Made by a program: the position numbers and the translations under genes. This document shows positions 7,489-18,180 of a stretch of 64,000 bases of DNA, piece after piece; the first letter of the stretch is position 1, and each line of letters starts with the position of its first letter. The notes under the pieces were generated by a model. That model was not told where the DNA came from. It did no database searches and worked only from the letters and a program-made list of their open reading frames with translations. The DNA is from Nitrospirota bacterium. Lineage in GTDB: Bacteria > Nitrospirota > Thermodesulfovibrionia > Thermodesulfovibrionales > JdFR-88. The stretch spans positions 25,875 to 89,874 of the forward strand of contig JAJYJS010000006.1 in NCBI GenBank assembly GCA_021789215.1, written 5' to 3'.

Positions 7489-10143
7489 TCAAATAGAAGG
7501 TTTTTTTTCAGGGAAAAACCTTCGCGCCATGAGCTTCCTTAGTTCTTCGGCGAAAAACAGGAGGAGCGCAAAGGGCGCAAGCACCAGCCACACGTCCCAA
7601 CCCAGGGGAGCGGTCGAGAACACGCCGTTTCCAAAAGGCGTGTAGATTATGAACAGCAGGAGCAGTATCTCGAACGCTACCCCGGGAAATATCAGCCAGT
7701 TTGAGAAAAAGCCTATGCGGAAGACGGACTCCCTGAATGAGCGGCACTGGAACACGTTTGCCGCCTGGGCGACGGCGATACCCGCAAGGCATGCGGTGGT
7801 CGCCCGGATGTAGACAGGGTCGGATGCCGCCAGTTGCTCCCCCCATTTCCAGCCGGAGCTGTAAAGGACGTGGAAAAACCCGCTGAAACCGGAAGCGGAC
7901 TCTATCATCGCAAGGAAGAAAAACACCCTTGCGACCACCGGCAAGTCCAGAAGCCTTTTGCCCTCCGCCCTCGGGGGCGTCCTGCTCACCTCCGGCGTCG
8001 GCCTCTCGGCCCCCAGCGCAAGCGCGGGCAGCATGTCGGTGCCAAGGTCGATGGCAAGTATCTGGATTATGGTAAGGGCAAGCGGCAGCTTGAAGACTAT
8101 GAAAAAGATATAGGGCATGACCTCCGCCACGTTGGAAGTGAACACATAGCTTATGAACTTCCTTATGTTCTCGTAAACCGCCTTGCCCTCCTCTATCGCG
8201 TCCACAATGCTCACGAAGTTGTCGTCTATCAGGACCATGTCCGCGGCCTCCTTTGCCACGTCGGTGCCGGAGCCCATCGCTACGCCCATGTCCGCCCGTT
8301 TGAGGGCGGGGGCGTCGTTCACCCCGTCTCCGGTCATGGCCACCCTGTCGCCGCTGTCCTTGAGTATATTGACGACCCTCAGCTTGTGCTCCGGCGTCAT
8401 CCTTGAGAGTATGACCGCCCTGCCGGAGAGCACCGGGCGCAGGGCCTCGTCGGACATGTCCCTGAAGTCCGCATCGTCCAGTACGGGGATGCCCTCCTTT
8501 CCGGAAAAAAGGCCGACCTGTTTTGCCACGGCAACAGCGGTCCTCGCGCTGTCGCCGGTCATCATCACAATCCTTACGCCGGACTCCCCGCACTTTCCTA
8601 TCGCCTCTTTCACGCCGGGCCTCGGCGGATCTTCTATGCCCATGAAGCCGGCCAGCGTCATATCTCTTTCGGCCTCCTGCCGCGTCCGGGCCTCTTCCGG
8701 CGGCTTCAGTTCGCGGAACGCGAACGCCAGCACGCGCAGCCCCTCGTCCATGAGGGAATTGCAGACCGGCACGGCCTCCTCCAGCGGACGGGGGGTGGAC
8801 GGGTCTGCCGCGGAGCACTTGCGGCAGATGGAAAAGATGCTCTCGGGCGCTCCCTTTGAGAGGACGTATGTCCTGCCTCCCACGCTGCACACGGTGCTCA
8901 TCCGCTTTATTTCGGGCCCGAAGGGGAACTCCGCAAGCCTCACGCTTCCGGGCACGGCGGCGGACCTCACCGCCTCGTTGTATATGGCCGTTTCGGTGGG
9001 CTCGCCTTCCGGCCTGCCCTCTATTATCTCCACGTTGCTGCACAGCAGGGCGATTTCGTACAGCGATGGTTTTATGCCAAGCGCAAGCTCAACCGTTTTC
9101 CTCACGGACATCCTGTTTTCGGTGAGCGTGCCGGTTTTGTCGGTGCATATCACCGTGACGGAGCCAAGCGTTTCAACGGAGGTGAGCGTCTTCATCAGGG
9201 CCTTTTTCCTGGCCATCCTCTGGCTTGCCATGGCAAGAGAAAGCGTAACGGTAGGCAGCAGCCCCTCAGGCACAAGCGCCACTATTACGCCAATGCCAAA
9301 GATGAAGTTGTCCCAGAAGGGGACGCCGATGAAATAGCCAATGGTGAAAAAGACCGCGCCGATGCCCATCGCGAGCGCGGCAATGATGTGGGTGAGCCTG
9401 TTTATCTCCCTCTGGAGGGGGGTCTCCCCGGCCTGGACAGTCCCGGTCAGGCGGGCTATCCTGCCGAATTCGGTCCTTAGCCCCGTTGCGAATACCACCG
9501 CCTTGCCGGAGCCGTTCAAGACCGTTGCCCCCGCAAAGGCGATGTTGGGACTCCTGACAAGCTCGCCCGGAAAGGGCAGGGCCGTGCCCGCCACGGGCTC
9601 CGACTCGCCGGTGAGCGGGGCGTTGTTGAACCTGATTTCGCGGGCCTCGATAAGCCTCGCGTCCGCCGGGACCTTGTCGCCCGCCTTGAGCAGCACGACA
9701 TCCCCCACCGCTATTGCGCTTGCGGCCGCTTCCTTTTCCACCCCGCCCCTGAGCACCCACACATTGAAGGGCAGGAGCTTCCTCATCTCTTCCATGGCCT
9801 TTTCGGCCCGGTACTCCTGGGCGAAGGCGAAAACGGCGTTTATGAAGATGACGGCGATTATGGCCAGCGCCAGCTGGAGCATGCCCTGGCCGGGGTTCAG
9901 GTATTCCGAGACGAAGGACAGCAGGGCGGCCACCCAGAGCAGCACTGCGAGGAAATGGGTGAACTGCCGGAGGAATTTCCATATCAGCGGCTCGCCCGCT
10001 ATCAGCCCGATTTCGTTGGGGCCGGAGTCCCGCAGCCTCCTTTGGGCCTCATCCGGGCCCAGGCCATCTTCGGAGCTGACCAGCGAATTCAGGGCCTCCT
10101 GCGTGCTCAGGGCGTTAATGCTCATGCCTGGCAGTGAGGACAA
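7489..10143 (-). CDS. P-type (P2-like) cation-transporting ATPase
   Basis: Motifs PLTGESEP, ICTDKTGTLT and MTGDGVNDAPALK. It has the N-terminal cation-ATPase domain (ALSTQEALNSL...GLGPDEAQRRL) and 10 predicted TM helices. Confidence 0.95.
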   Translation of the reverse strand: MSSLPGMSINALSTQEALNSLVSSEDGLGPDEAQRRLRDSGPNEIGLIAGEPLIWKFLRQFTHFLAVLLWVAALLSFVSEYLNPGQGMLQLALAIIAVIFINAVFAFAQEYRAEKAMEEMRKLLPFNVWVLRGGVEKEAAASAIAVGDVVLLKAGDKVPADARLIEAREIRFNNAPLTGESEPVAGTALPFPGELVRSPNIAFAGATVLNGSGKAVVFATGLRTEFGRIARLTGTVQAGETPLQREINRLTHIIAALAMGIGAVFFTIGYFIGVPFWDNFIFGIGVIVALVPEGLLPTVTLSLAMASQRMARKKALMKTLTSVETLGSVTVICTDKTGTLTENRMSVRKTVELALGIKPSLYEIALLCSNVEIIEGRPEGEPTETAIYNEAVRSAAVPGSVRLAEFPFGPEIKRMSTVCSVGGRTYVLSKGAPESIFSICRKCSAADPSTPRPLEEAVPVCNSLMDEGLRVLAFAFRELKPPEEARTRQEAERDMTLAGFMGIEDPPRPGVKEAIGKCGESGVRIVMMTGDSARTAVAVAKQVGLFSGKEGIPVLDDADFRDMSDEALRPVLSGRAVILSRMTPEHKLRVVNILKDSGDRVAMTGDGVNDAPALKRADMGVAMGSGTDVAKEAADMVLIDDNFVSIVDAIEEGKAVYENIRKFISYVFTSNVAEVMPYIFFIVFKLPLALTIIQILAIDLGTDMLPALALGAERPTPEVSRTPPRAEGKRLLDLPVVARVFFFLAMIESASGFSGFFHVLYSSGWKWGEQLAASDPVYIRATTACLAGIAVAQAANVFQCRSFRESVFRIGFFSNWLIFPGVAFEILLLLFIIYTPFGNGVFSTAPLGWDVWLVLAPFALLLFFAEELRKLMARRFFPEKKPSI

Positions 10144-10963
10144 TCAGGTTGCAGGGGGTTTTCCTCATGGCCTCCTCCACGGGGTTCCCCCTGATGAGGG
10201 AACTGAGCAGGCTCCTTTCGCTGGCGCCCATTATAATGAGCCCGTAGCGCCTGGCCGCGGCCTCCATTGTGAGGCCCTCCCCCGCGGGCCCGGCCCGCAG
10301 CCTCTGCTCGTGCTTTACCTTGTAAATCTCAAGCTGCTCTATGAAATTGAGCACCATGGGGGGGAGTTCCACCTCCTGCTCTATCGGCCTTACTCCGGCA
10401 TCCCTCGGGAAAATTCCCGAAACGGCTTTTTTCTTTTCCGCGGCATGAAACAGGTACACGCGTGAATCGAACGCGCGCGCCATCATGGCAACAAAATAGG
10501 ACATCTCGGTGACGCGGCCCATCCTTTCCTTCAGCGGGACCAGTATCTCCCTGGGCTGGCCCCTTCCCATATGGACAACGCGCACCAGGGCCACCGAGCA
10601 GGGCAGCCCTATGGAAAGCGAGCGGGCCACCGTGCCAGCATAGAACCGCCTTTCCACATCCTTTCTCCTGGTTGCGGCAAATACCAGGCCGATCCCCTCT
10701 CTTTGGACAAGCCGGACGATCCCGGCAACCACATCGCCGGAGCCCGTTACCCCCTCCGCGGTCACGCCTTCCGATCTTGCACAACGCAGGAGCCTGTCCA
10801 CCGCGTCCAGTGAAAGGGCCCTGACCTCCTCCGCAGCCTCATGGGGCGTTATGTGGCAGAGGAAAAGCCTGCTTCCCGTCACCTTTGAAAGGTTTATCGC
10901 GTATCTTGCCGAGACCTCGGAATTTATGTGCTCGTTGACTGCGGCAAGGATTTTCCCGTACAT
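10115..10963 (-). CDS. Tandem universal stress protein (two UspA domains)
   Basis: MYGKILAAVNEH... followed by a second repeat ILVPLKERMG...IIMGASERS. The stop overlaps the ATPase start by 29 nt. Confidence 0.8.
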   Translation of the reverse strand: MYGKILAAVNEHINSEVSARYAINLSKVTGSRLFLCHITPHEAAEEVRALSLDAVDRLLRCARSEGVTAEGVTGSGDVVAGIVRLVQREGIGLVFAATRRKDVERRFYAGTVARSLSIGLPCSVALVRVVHMGRGQPREILVPLKERMGRVTEMSYFVAMMARAFDSRVYLFHAAEKKKAVSGIFPRDAGVRPIEQEVELPPMVLNFIEQLEIYKVKHEQRLRAGPAGEGLTMEAAARRYGLIIMGASERSLLSSLIRGNPVEEAMRKTPCNLIVLTARHEH

Positions 10964-11033
10964 AGAATCAGGATATCACAGGGAGAAAAGGGCATCAAAG
11001 GCCGGCAATCTTTTATTGCCGATGGCAGGGCGC

Positions 11034-11066
11034 AATAAAAAAGGCCCCTTCTTTCGAAGGGGCCCT
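11034..11066 (-). terminator. Rho-independent terminator after atpC
   Basis: GGCCCCTT-CTTTCG-AAGGGGCC hairpin followed on the minus strand by TTTTTTATT. It is 25 nt downstream of the atpC stop. Confidence 0.8.
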
Positions 11067-11089
11067 CCATGATTATTTTTGAATAAAAA

Positions 11090-11496
11090 TTATTTGGCGA
11101 CGTGCCTTTCGGCTATCTGTATCCTCGATGTGGCCCTCTCAAGCGCAGACTCGGCCCTGGCGAAATCCACATTCTCCTGCTTTTTGAGGCGTTCCTCGGC
11201 CCTCTGCCTGGCCGCAAGCGCCCTTTCCAGACTGATGTCCTCCGCGCGTTCGGCGCTGTCGGCCATGATCAGGACTTTGTCCGGGCCGGCCTCCGCATAC
11301 CCGCTGTTCACGAAGAAGTACTGCTGCTTGCCGCCCGTCTTCGCAACGAGGATGCCTATCTTCAGCGTCGCCATCAGCGGCGCATGCCCGGGCAGGACCC
11401 CGAACTCGCCCTCCGTGCCGGCAACCGTGACCTCGTCGGCCTCCCCGCTGAATACGAGGCCGTGTGGGGTGACTATCTCAAGCTTGAGCGAGTCCA

Positions 11497-11497
<1 letters not shown>
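11090..11497 (-). CDS. atpC: F1 ATP synthase subunit epsilon
   Basis: 135 aa, LKLEIVTP...VTVAGTEGEFGVLPGHAPL. There is a 1-nt overlap with atpD. Confidence 0.95.
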
Positions 11498-12945
<1,448 letters not shown>

Positions 12946-12965
12946 TTATTCGAATCTCTTTATTC

Positions 12966-13835
12966 CTACTTAAGGGCCTCGACACCGCCAACGATATCCA
13001 TGAGCTCCTTGGTGATGGTGGCCTGCCTGACCTTGTTGGCCACAAGCGTGAGCCTCTGGATCATCTCGTCGGCGTTCTTGGAGGCGTTCTCCATGGCGGT
13101 CATCCTGGCGGCCTCCTCCGAGGTCTGCGACTCCAGGAGCGCCCTGAAGACCTCTATCTCTATGGCCTTCGGGATGAGCTGACCGTATATCTGCTTCGCG
13201 GAGGGCTCATATATGAAGTCCACCGCGTCGGCGGAAGGCCCGGTCTTGCCCTCGCCGCCGGAAAGGGGCAGGAGCTTTTTCACCTGCACCTTCTGAATGA
13301 CGACGTTCACGAACTCGTTGTACACGAGGTGCACCTCGTCGAGGGTCTCGTTCCTGAAGTTCTCGATGAGATCGCCGGCAATCTCCCTGGCCTTGAGGTA
13401 GTCTATCTTGCCGGAGATACCCGCCCACCTGGAGCGCATCTGGACATCCCTGCGCCTGAAGTAATCTATGGCCTTCCTGCCCACCGCGCTTACGCTGACA
13501 TCAAACCCCTGAGACTTGAGGTCCGATATGAACGCTGCCGCCGCCTTCATTATATTTGTGTTGAAGGCGCCGCACAGGCCCCTGTCGCTGGTGAGCACGA
13601 GCACGCCGACGGTCTTCCGGGGCCTCACCGCCAGCAGCGGGTTAAGCTCCATGTCCCCCATCGCGCCCAGGTTTTCTATTACGCCGTACATCTTGTCGGC
13701 GTAGGGCCTCAGCTCCAGCATCCGCCCCTGGGCCCGGCGCAGCTTCGCGGCGGCGACCATCTTCATCGCCTTGGTGATCTGGCGCGTGTTCCTGACTGCC
13801 TTGATCCTTCTTCTTATGTCTCTTAGCGTTGCCAT
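12966..13835 (-). CDS. atpG: F1 ATP synthase subunit gamma
   Basis: MATLRDIRRRIKAVRNTRQITKAMKMVAAAKLRRAQ... and C-terminal ITKELMDIVGG. Confidence 0.97.
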   Translation of the reverse strand: MATLRDIRRRIKAVRNTRQITKAMKMVAAAKLRRAQGRMLELRPYADKMYGVIENLGAMGDMELNPLLAVRPRKTVGVLVLTSDRGLCGAFNTNIMKAAAAFISDLKSQGFDVSVSAVGRKAIDYFRRRDVQMRSRWAGISGKIDYLKAREIAGDLIENFRNETLDEVHLVYNEFVNVVIQKVQVKKLLPLSGGEGKTGPSADAVDFIYEPSAKQIYGQLIPKAIEIEVFRALLESQTSEEAARMTAMENASKNADEMIQRLTLVANKVRQATITKELMDIVGGVEALK

Positions 13836-13837
13836 CT

Positions 13838-15346
13838 TTAAGCCGCGAAGCCCTTCTTGAAGTCCTCAACGGCGGCAATGAGCTTCTGTTTTGTCCCTTC
13901 TTCTATGGTCTTCTTTTCCTTTATGTCGTTCTTGATGTCCGCCTTGTTCTGCCTCATGTAAGTGAGGAACTCGTTCTCGAACTTCCTTATCGCCTCGACC
14001 GGCAGGTCGTCGAGATAGCCCTGGGTGCCGGCAAAGAGCACCATGACCTGGTCCTCGAACGGAAGCGGTATGTACTGCCCCTGCTTGAGGAGTTCGACCA
14101 TCCTCTTGCCGCGCTCTATCTGGGCCAGGGTGGCCTTGTCCAGGTCGGAGCCGAACTGGGCGAACGCCGCAAGCTCCCTGAACTGCGCGAGGTCGAGCCT
14201 CAGCGTGCCTGCCACCTGCTTCATGGCCTTCGTCTGCGCCGCGCCGCCCACTCGGCTGACCGAGAGGCCGACGTTGACGGCGGGCCTGACGCCCGCGTAG
14301 AAAAGCTCGGGCTCCAGGTATATCTGGCCGTCGGTTATCGAAATGACGTTTGTCGGGATGTAGCCCGAAACGTCTCCGGCCTGGGTCTCGATTATCGGCA
14401 GGGCCGTAAGAGAGCCGCCTCCAAGCTCCGCGGAGACCTTCGCCGCCCTTTCAAGAAGCCTCGAGTGCAGGTAGAAAACGTCGCCCGGATAAGCCTCGCG
14501 GCCGGGCGGACGCCTGAGCAGCAGGGAGAGCTGCCTGTACGCGGCGGCCTGCTTGCTCAGATCATCGTATACTATGAGGGCGTGCCTCCCGTTGTCCCTG
14601 AAATACTCTCCTATGGCGCAGCCCGTATAGGGCGCTATGAACTGGAGCGGCGCGGGCTCGCTGGCCGACGAGGAGACGATGATCGTGTGCTCCATCGCGC
14701 CGTTTTCCTCCAGAATCTGCTGGGTCCTGGCGACGTTGGCCCTTTTCAGGCCGCATGCGACATATATGCAGATGACGTCCCCGCCCTTCTGGTTTATTAT
14801 CGCGTCTATGCCGATGGCGGTCTTTCCGGTCTGGCGGTCGCCGATTATCAGCTCCCTCTGGCCCCTGCCTATCGGTATCATGGAATCTATCGCCTTGAGG
14901 CCCGTCTGGAGCGGCTGCGTGACCGGCTGCCTCTCGACTATGCCGGGGGCAACGACGTCCACCATCCTTGTCAAATCCGTGTTTATCGGGCCCTTGCCGT
15001 CGATGGGCTGCCCGATGGCGTTCACGACCCTGCCGATGAGGGCGTCGCCGACGGGGGTCGACATGATGCGGCCCGTCCTCTTGACGACGTCGCCTTCCTT
15101 GACGAGCGAGTCCTCGCCGAACAGAACGGCCCCGACGGCGCCGTCCTCAAGGTTGAGCGCCATGCCGTAAATATTGTTCGGGAACTCCAGCAGCTCGGAC
15201 GCCATGCACTTGTCCAGGCCGTAAACCTTGGCGATTCCGTCGCCGATTGAGACAACCGTCCCGACCTCGCTCACGTCCACGCGCTTCTCGAAATCGGTTA
15301 TCTGCTTTTTCAGGTATTGACTTATTTCCTCAACCTTGATCTCCAT
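13838..15346 (-). CDS. atpA: F1 ATP synthase subunit alpha
   Basis: Walker A GDRQTGKT and the conserved alpha C-terminus. 502 aa. Confidence 0.98.
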   Translation of the reverse strand: MEIKVEEISQYLKKQITDFEKRVDVSEVGTVVSIGDGIAKVYGLDKCMASELLEFPNNIYGMALNLEDGAVGAVLFGEDSLVKEGDVVKRTGRIMSTPVGDALIGRVVNAIGQPIDGKGPINTDLTRMVDVVAPGIVERQPVTQPLQTGLKAIDSMIPIGRGQRELIIGDRQTGKTAIGIDAIINQKGGDVICIYVACGLKRANVARTQQILEENGAMEHTIIVSSSASEPAPLQFIAPYTGCAIGEYFRDNGRHALIVYDDLSKQAAAYRQLSLLLRRPPGREAYPGDVFYLHSRLLERAAKVSAELGGGSLTALPIIETQAGDVSGYIPTNVISITDGQIYLEPELFYAGVRPAVNVGLSVSRVGGAAQTKAMKQVAGTLRLDLAQFRELAAFAQFGSDLDKATLAQIERGKRMVELLKQGQYIPLPFEDQVMVLFAGTQGYLDDLPVEAIRKFENEFLTYMRQNKADIKNDIKEKKTIEEGTKQKLIAAVEDFKKGFAA

Positions 15347-15350
15347 AGAA

Positions 15351-15890
15351 TCACCCCTTTATAAGCTCTTCTTTTAAAAGCCTTAGCTGGCCCCTGACAC
15401 TCCCATCGAACATCATGCTGCCGACCTTGACCAGGACCCCGCCCAGCACTGAGGGGTCCTTCACGTACTTTATGTCAACATCCTTGCCCGTAATCCTCCC
15501 GAGCGCCGCCTTGAGCCTCTCAAGCATGCCCTTGTCCAGCTCCACGGGCGCGGCCACGACGGCCTCCGCCTTCCTGTGGCGCTCAAGATAAAGGGCCACC
15601 GCCGCGGACATTATCTCGTCGAGGCCGTCCATCGCATCGGCGTCTATGAGGTAATTGAGGAACTTGAGAACCGGGCCGGACAGCTTCACCTTGCCGTCAA
15701 GGTGTCCGAGGGCGGCCTTCTTTTCCTCTGCGGTAAACTGCGGCCCGGCGAAAAAGCCCCTGATCTCCCTGTTCGACTCCACAAGGGCCCTCACCGCCCC
15801 GAACTGCTCCAGGGCCTCAAAGCCGTGGTTGGCGCCTGCGTGATTAAGGAACATCTTCGCGTATTTTTTGTACTGATGCTTCTTTTTCAA
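15351..15890 (-). CDS. atpH: F1 ATP synthase subunit delta (OSCP)
   Basis: 179 aa with a C-terminal [24 protein letters not shown] pattern. Its position between b and alpha fits. Confidence 0.9.
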   Translation of the reverse strand: MKKKHQYKKYAKMFLNHAGANHGFEALEQFGAVRALVESNREIRGFFAGPQFTAEEKKAALGHLDGKVKLSGPVLKFLNYLIDADAMDGLDEIMSAAVALYLERHRKAEAVVAAPVELDKGMLERLKAALGRITGKDVDIKYVKDPSVLGGVLVKVGSMMFDGSVRGQLRLLKEELIKG

Positions 15891-16462
15891 CTTTTTCCCT
15901 CTAGTTTGGCTATGGATTCCTCGAGGAGCTTTTTCTGCTCTTCCGGGGTCATCTTGGCGGCAAGCTTCTTCTCGGCGAGCGCAACGGCAAGCTCGGCCGC
16001 CTCTTTCTTTATCGCGTCCCTGGCTTTCTTGAGCTCGACCTCTATGTTGGCCTGGGCGTGCTCCCTTATCTTCTCGCTCATGCGCTCGGCCTCTTTTATG
16101 AGGGCGGCCTTCTCCCCCTCGCCCGACGCCTTCGCCGAGTTGATTATGGACTCTATCTCCTTGTCCTTGAGTTTCAGCCTCTCCTCAACGTCCCTGAGGG
16201 CCTGTTCCGCTATCTCTTTCGCCTTGCGGGCCTCATCGAGGCTCTTCTGTATTCCCTCCGTGCGGGCCTTGAGGTAGGAGCTCAGGGGCTTGCGCAGGAA
16301 GACCACAAGTATTACCACGAGAATGGCGAAATTGACTATCTTCCAGAGCCATTCCTTCCACTCGCCGCCGGCTTCCGGAGCGGCCTCCGCGGCATACGCG
16401 CACGCCGTCATGCCCATTACCAGAGAAAACGCGACCAGGTTTAAAAGTTTTTTGTTTTTCAT
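15887..16462 (-). CDS. atpF: Fo ATP synthase subunit b (with signal/lipobox-like N-terminal extension)
   Basis: One TM helix (IVNFAILVVILVVFL) plus a long charged coiled coil. The N-terminal LVMGMTACAYA segment precedes the TM helix. Confidence 0.85.
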   Translation of the reverse strand: MKNKKLLNLVAFSLVMGMTACAYAAEAAPEAGGEWKEWLWKIVNFAILVVILVVFLRKPLSSYLKARTEGIQKSLDEARKAKEIAEQALRDVEERLKLKDKEIESIINSAKASGEGEKAALIKEAERMSEKIREHAQANIEVELKKARDAIKKEAAELAVALAEKKLAAKMTPEEQKKLLEESIAKLEGKS

Positions 16463-16881
16463 GTCCTTACCAGTTTCTCCAGGATGCTGTCGGAGAATTT
16501 CTCCACCTCGGCCCTGAGCGCGCCGCGCGCCTTTTCGGTCTCCACCCTGAGTTCTTCCTTTATCTTTTCGGAAAGCTTCATGGCGTCCTCATTGGCCTTC
16601 GTAAGGGACTCCTTCTGGACGGCGAGCCCCTCGCCCCTGAGGGCGTCGAATGCCTGCTTCGCCTGAGACCTCGCATGCTCAAGGTCCCTCTTCATTATCG
16701 CCATCGCCTCTTCCTTGCGGGCCTGCATCTGCCTGGATTTCTCCATGGCCTCGTCTATGGTGCTCTTCCTCTGGCCGAAAACCTTCAGCATCGGCTTGAA
16801 CAGGATTATATTCAAAATCCAGACGAGGACAAGGAAATTCACAAGGAGAACAAAAAACCATTTAGCGGTGAACTGTAGCAT
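16459..16881 (-). CDS. atpF2: Fo ATP synthase subunit b'
   Basis: 140 aa with an N-terminal TM helix plus coiled coil. It overlaps atpF by 4 nt. Confidence 0.8.
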   Translation of the reverse strand: MLQFTAKWFFVLLVNFLVLVWILNIILFKPMLKVFGQRKSTIDEAMEKSRQMQARKEEAMAIMKRDLEHARSQAKQAFDALRGEGLAVQKESLTKANEDAMKLSEKIKEELRVETEKARGALRAEVEKFSDSILEKLVRT

Positions 16882-17012
16882 TCATGCCTCCTATTTTTAA
16901 ACGGGAAAACAGGATGAGACTATCACATAAGAAAAATGCTTGTCAAGGAACATATAAATAAATAAAAATTATAAATAACCTGCGAATCAGATTTAGATAT
17001 GGGAGCATAAAA

Positions 17013-18173
17013 ATGTTTGATAATGAAATGAAAAGACTGGCCGAAGCGGGGCTTCTGAGGACACCGGCCGACAGGCATTCCCGGCAGGGGGCGGAGGTTT
17101 TTTTAAACAAAAAACCTTTTATAAATTTCGCCTCTAACGATTACCTGGGGCTTTCGGGCGACGAAGAGTTGATACAGGCGGCCGTGAGGGCGGCCAGGGA
17201 TTACGGGGCGGGTGCCGGGGCGGCGAGGCTTCTGGCCGGGGGGACCCGGCTGCATGCCCTGCTGGAGGAGAAAACGGCCCGTTTTACGGGCAGGCGGAAG
17301 GCCCTGCTCTTCAACTCCGGCTATCACGCGAACCTGGGGGCCATACCCGCCCTCGCAACGGAAGGCGGCGCCATTTTCAGCGACGAGCTGAACCACGCAA
17401 GCATAATCGACGGTTGCAGGCTCTCCCGGGCCGAAGTCCATGTTTACAGGCACAGGGACATGGGGCACCTTGGCAGTCTGCTTGAGGGCTCGAAGGCAAA
17501 AGGGAAAAAACTCGTGATAACCGAGTCCGTCTTCAGCATGGACGGGGACCTTGCGCCCCTAAGGGACATCTGCGCGCTCGCCGGGGAGCACGGGGCGATG
17601 CTTTACGTGGACGAGGCCCATGCCATGGGCGTGTTCGGAAAGGAGGGGCGGGGCGGGCTCAGCCATTCCGGGCTTGATGCGGCCGGGGAAGAAAAATGCC
17701 CCGTATTGCAGATGGGGACGTTTTCCAAGGCGTTTGGCTCCTACGGGGCATTTATCGCGGGCAGCGGGGAAATAATCTCCTGGCTGCAAAACTCCGCGCG
17801 CACTTTCATCTTCTCCACCGCCCTTCCTCCGGCTGTGGCAGGGGCGTCGCTTGCCGCGCTCGAAATAATCGAAAGCGGGCGGGCCCCCATAAAAAAACTC
17901 TGGGAAAACAGGAGGATGCTTTTCGAGGGGATAAAGGCAATACCGGGCCTTGAGACCGGGCCGACGGAATCCCCGATAATACCCGTGCTGGCTGATTCGG
18001 TTGAGGAGGCCACGGGCCTTTCCCTCGCGCTTTCCGGAAAGGGCATATACGCCCCCGCCATCAGGCCGCCCGCCGTAAAAAGGCCGAGGCTCCGGCTTAC
18101 CGTTACGGCCTCCCACACGCCCCGGGACATATCCCGCCTTTTGGATGCTTTAAACGCAGCCAAAATTCTATAA
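17013..18173 (+). CDS. bioF: 8-amino-7-oxononanoate synthase (alpha-oxoamine synthase family)
   Basis: Motifs FASNDYLGL, SGYHANLG, DEAHAMG and the PLP lysine in TFSKAFGSYG. Confidence 0.85.
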   Translation: MFDNEMKRLAEAGLLRTPADRHSRQGAEVFLNKKPFINFASNDYLGLSGDEELIQAAVRAARDYGAGAGAARLLAGGTRLHALLEEKTARFTGRRKALLFNSGYHANLGAIPALATEGGAIFSDELNHASIIDGCRLSRAEVHVYRHRDMGHLGSLLEGSKAKGKKLVITESVFSMDGDLAPLRDICALAGEHGAMLYVDEAHAMGVFGKEGRGGLSHSGLDAAGEEKCPVLQMGTFSKAFGSYGAFIAGSGEIISWLQNSARTFIFSTALPPAVAGASLAALEIIESGRAPIKKLWENRRMLFEGIKAIPGLETGPTESPIIPVLADSVEEATGLSLALSGKGIYAPAIRPPAVKRPRLRLTVTASHTPRDISRLLDALNAAKIL

Positions 18174-18180
18174 TAAAATT

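Noticed and set aside
16882-17012. The AT-rich divergent spacer at the strand switch (atpF' versus bioF) as a replication origin.
   Set aside because: It is only about 130 bp, has no DnaA-box cluster (one imperfect TATCACA only) and has no dnaA or dnaN nearby. It is most simply a divergent promoter region.
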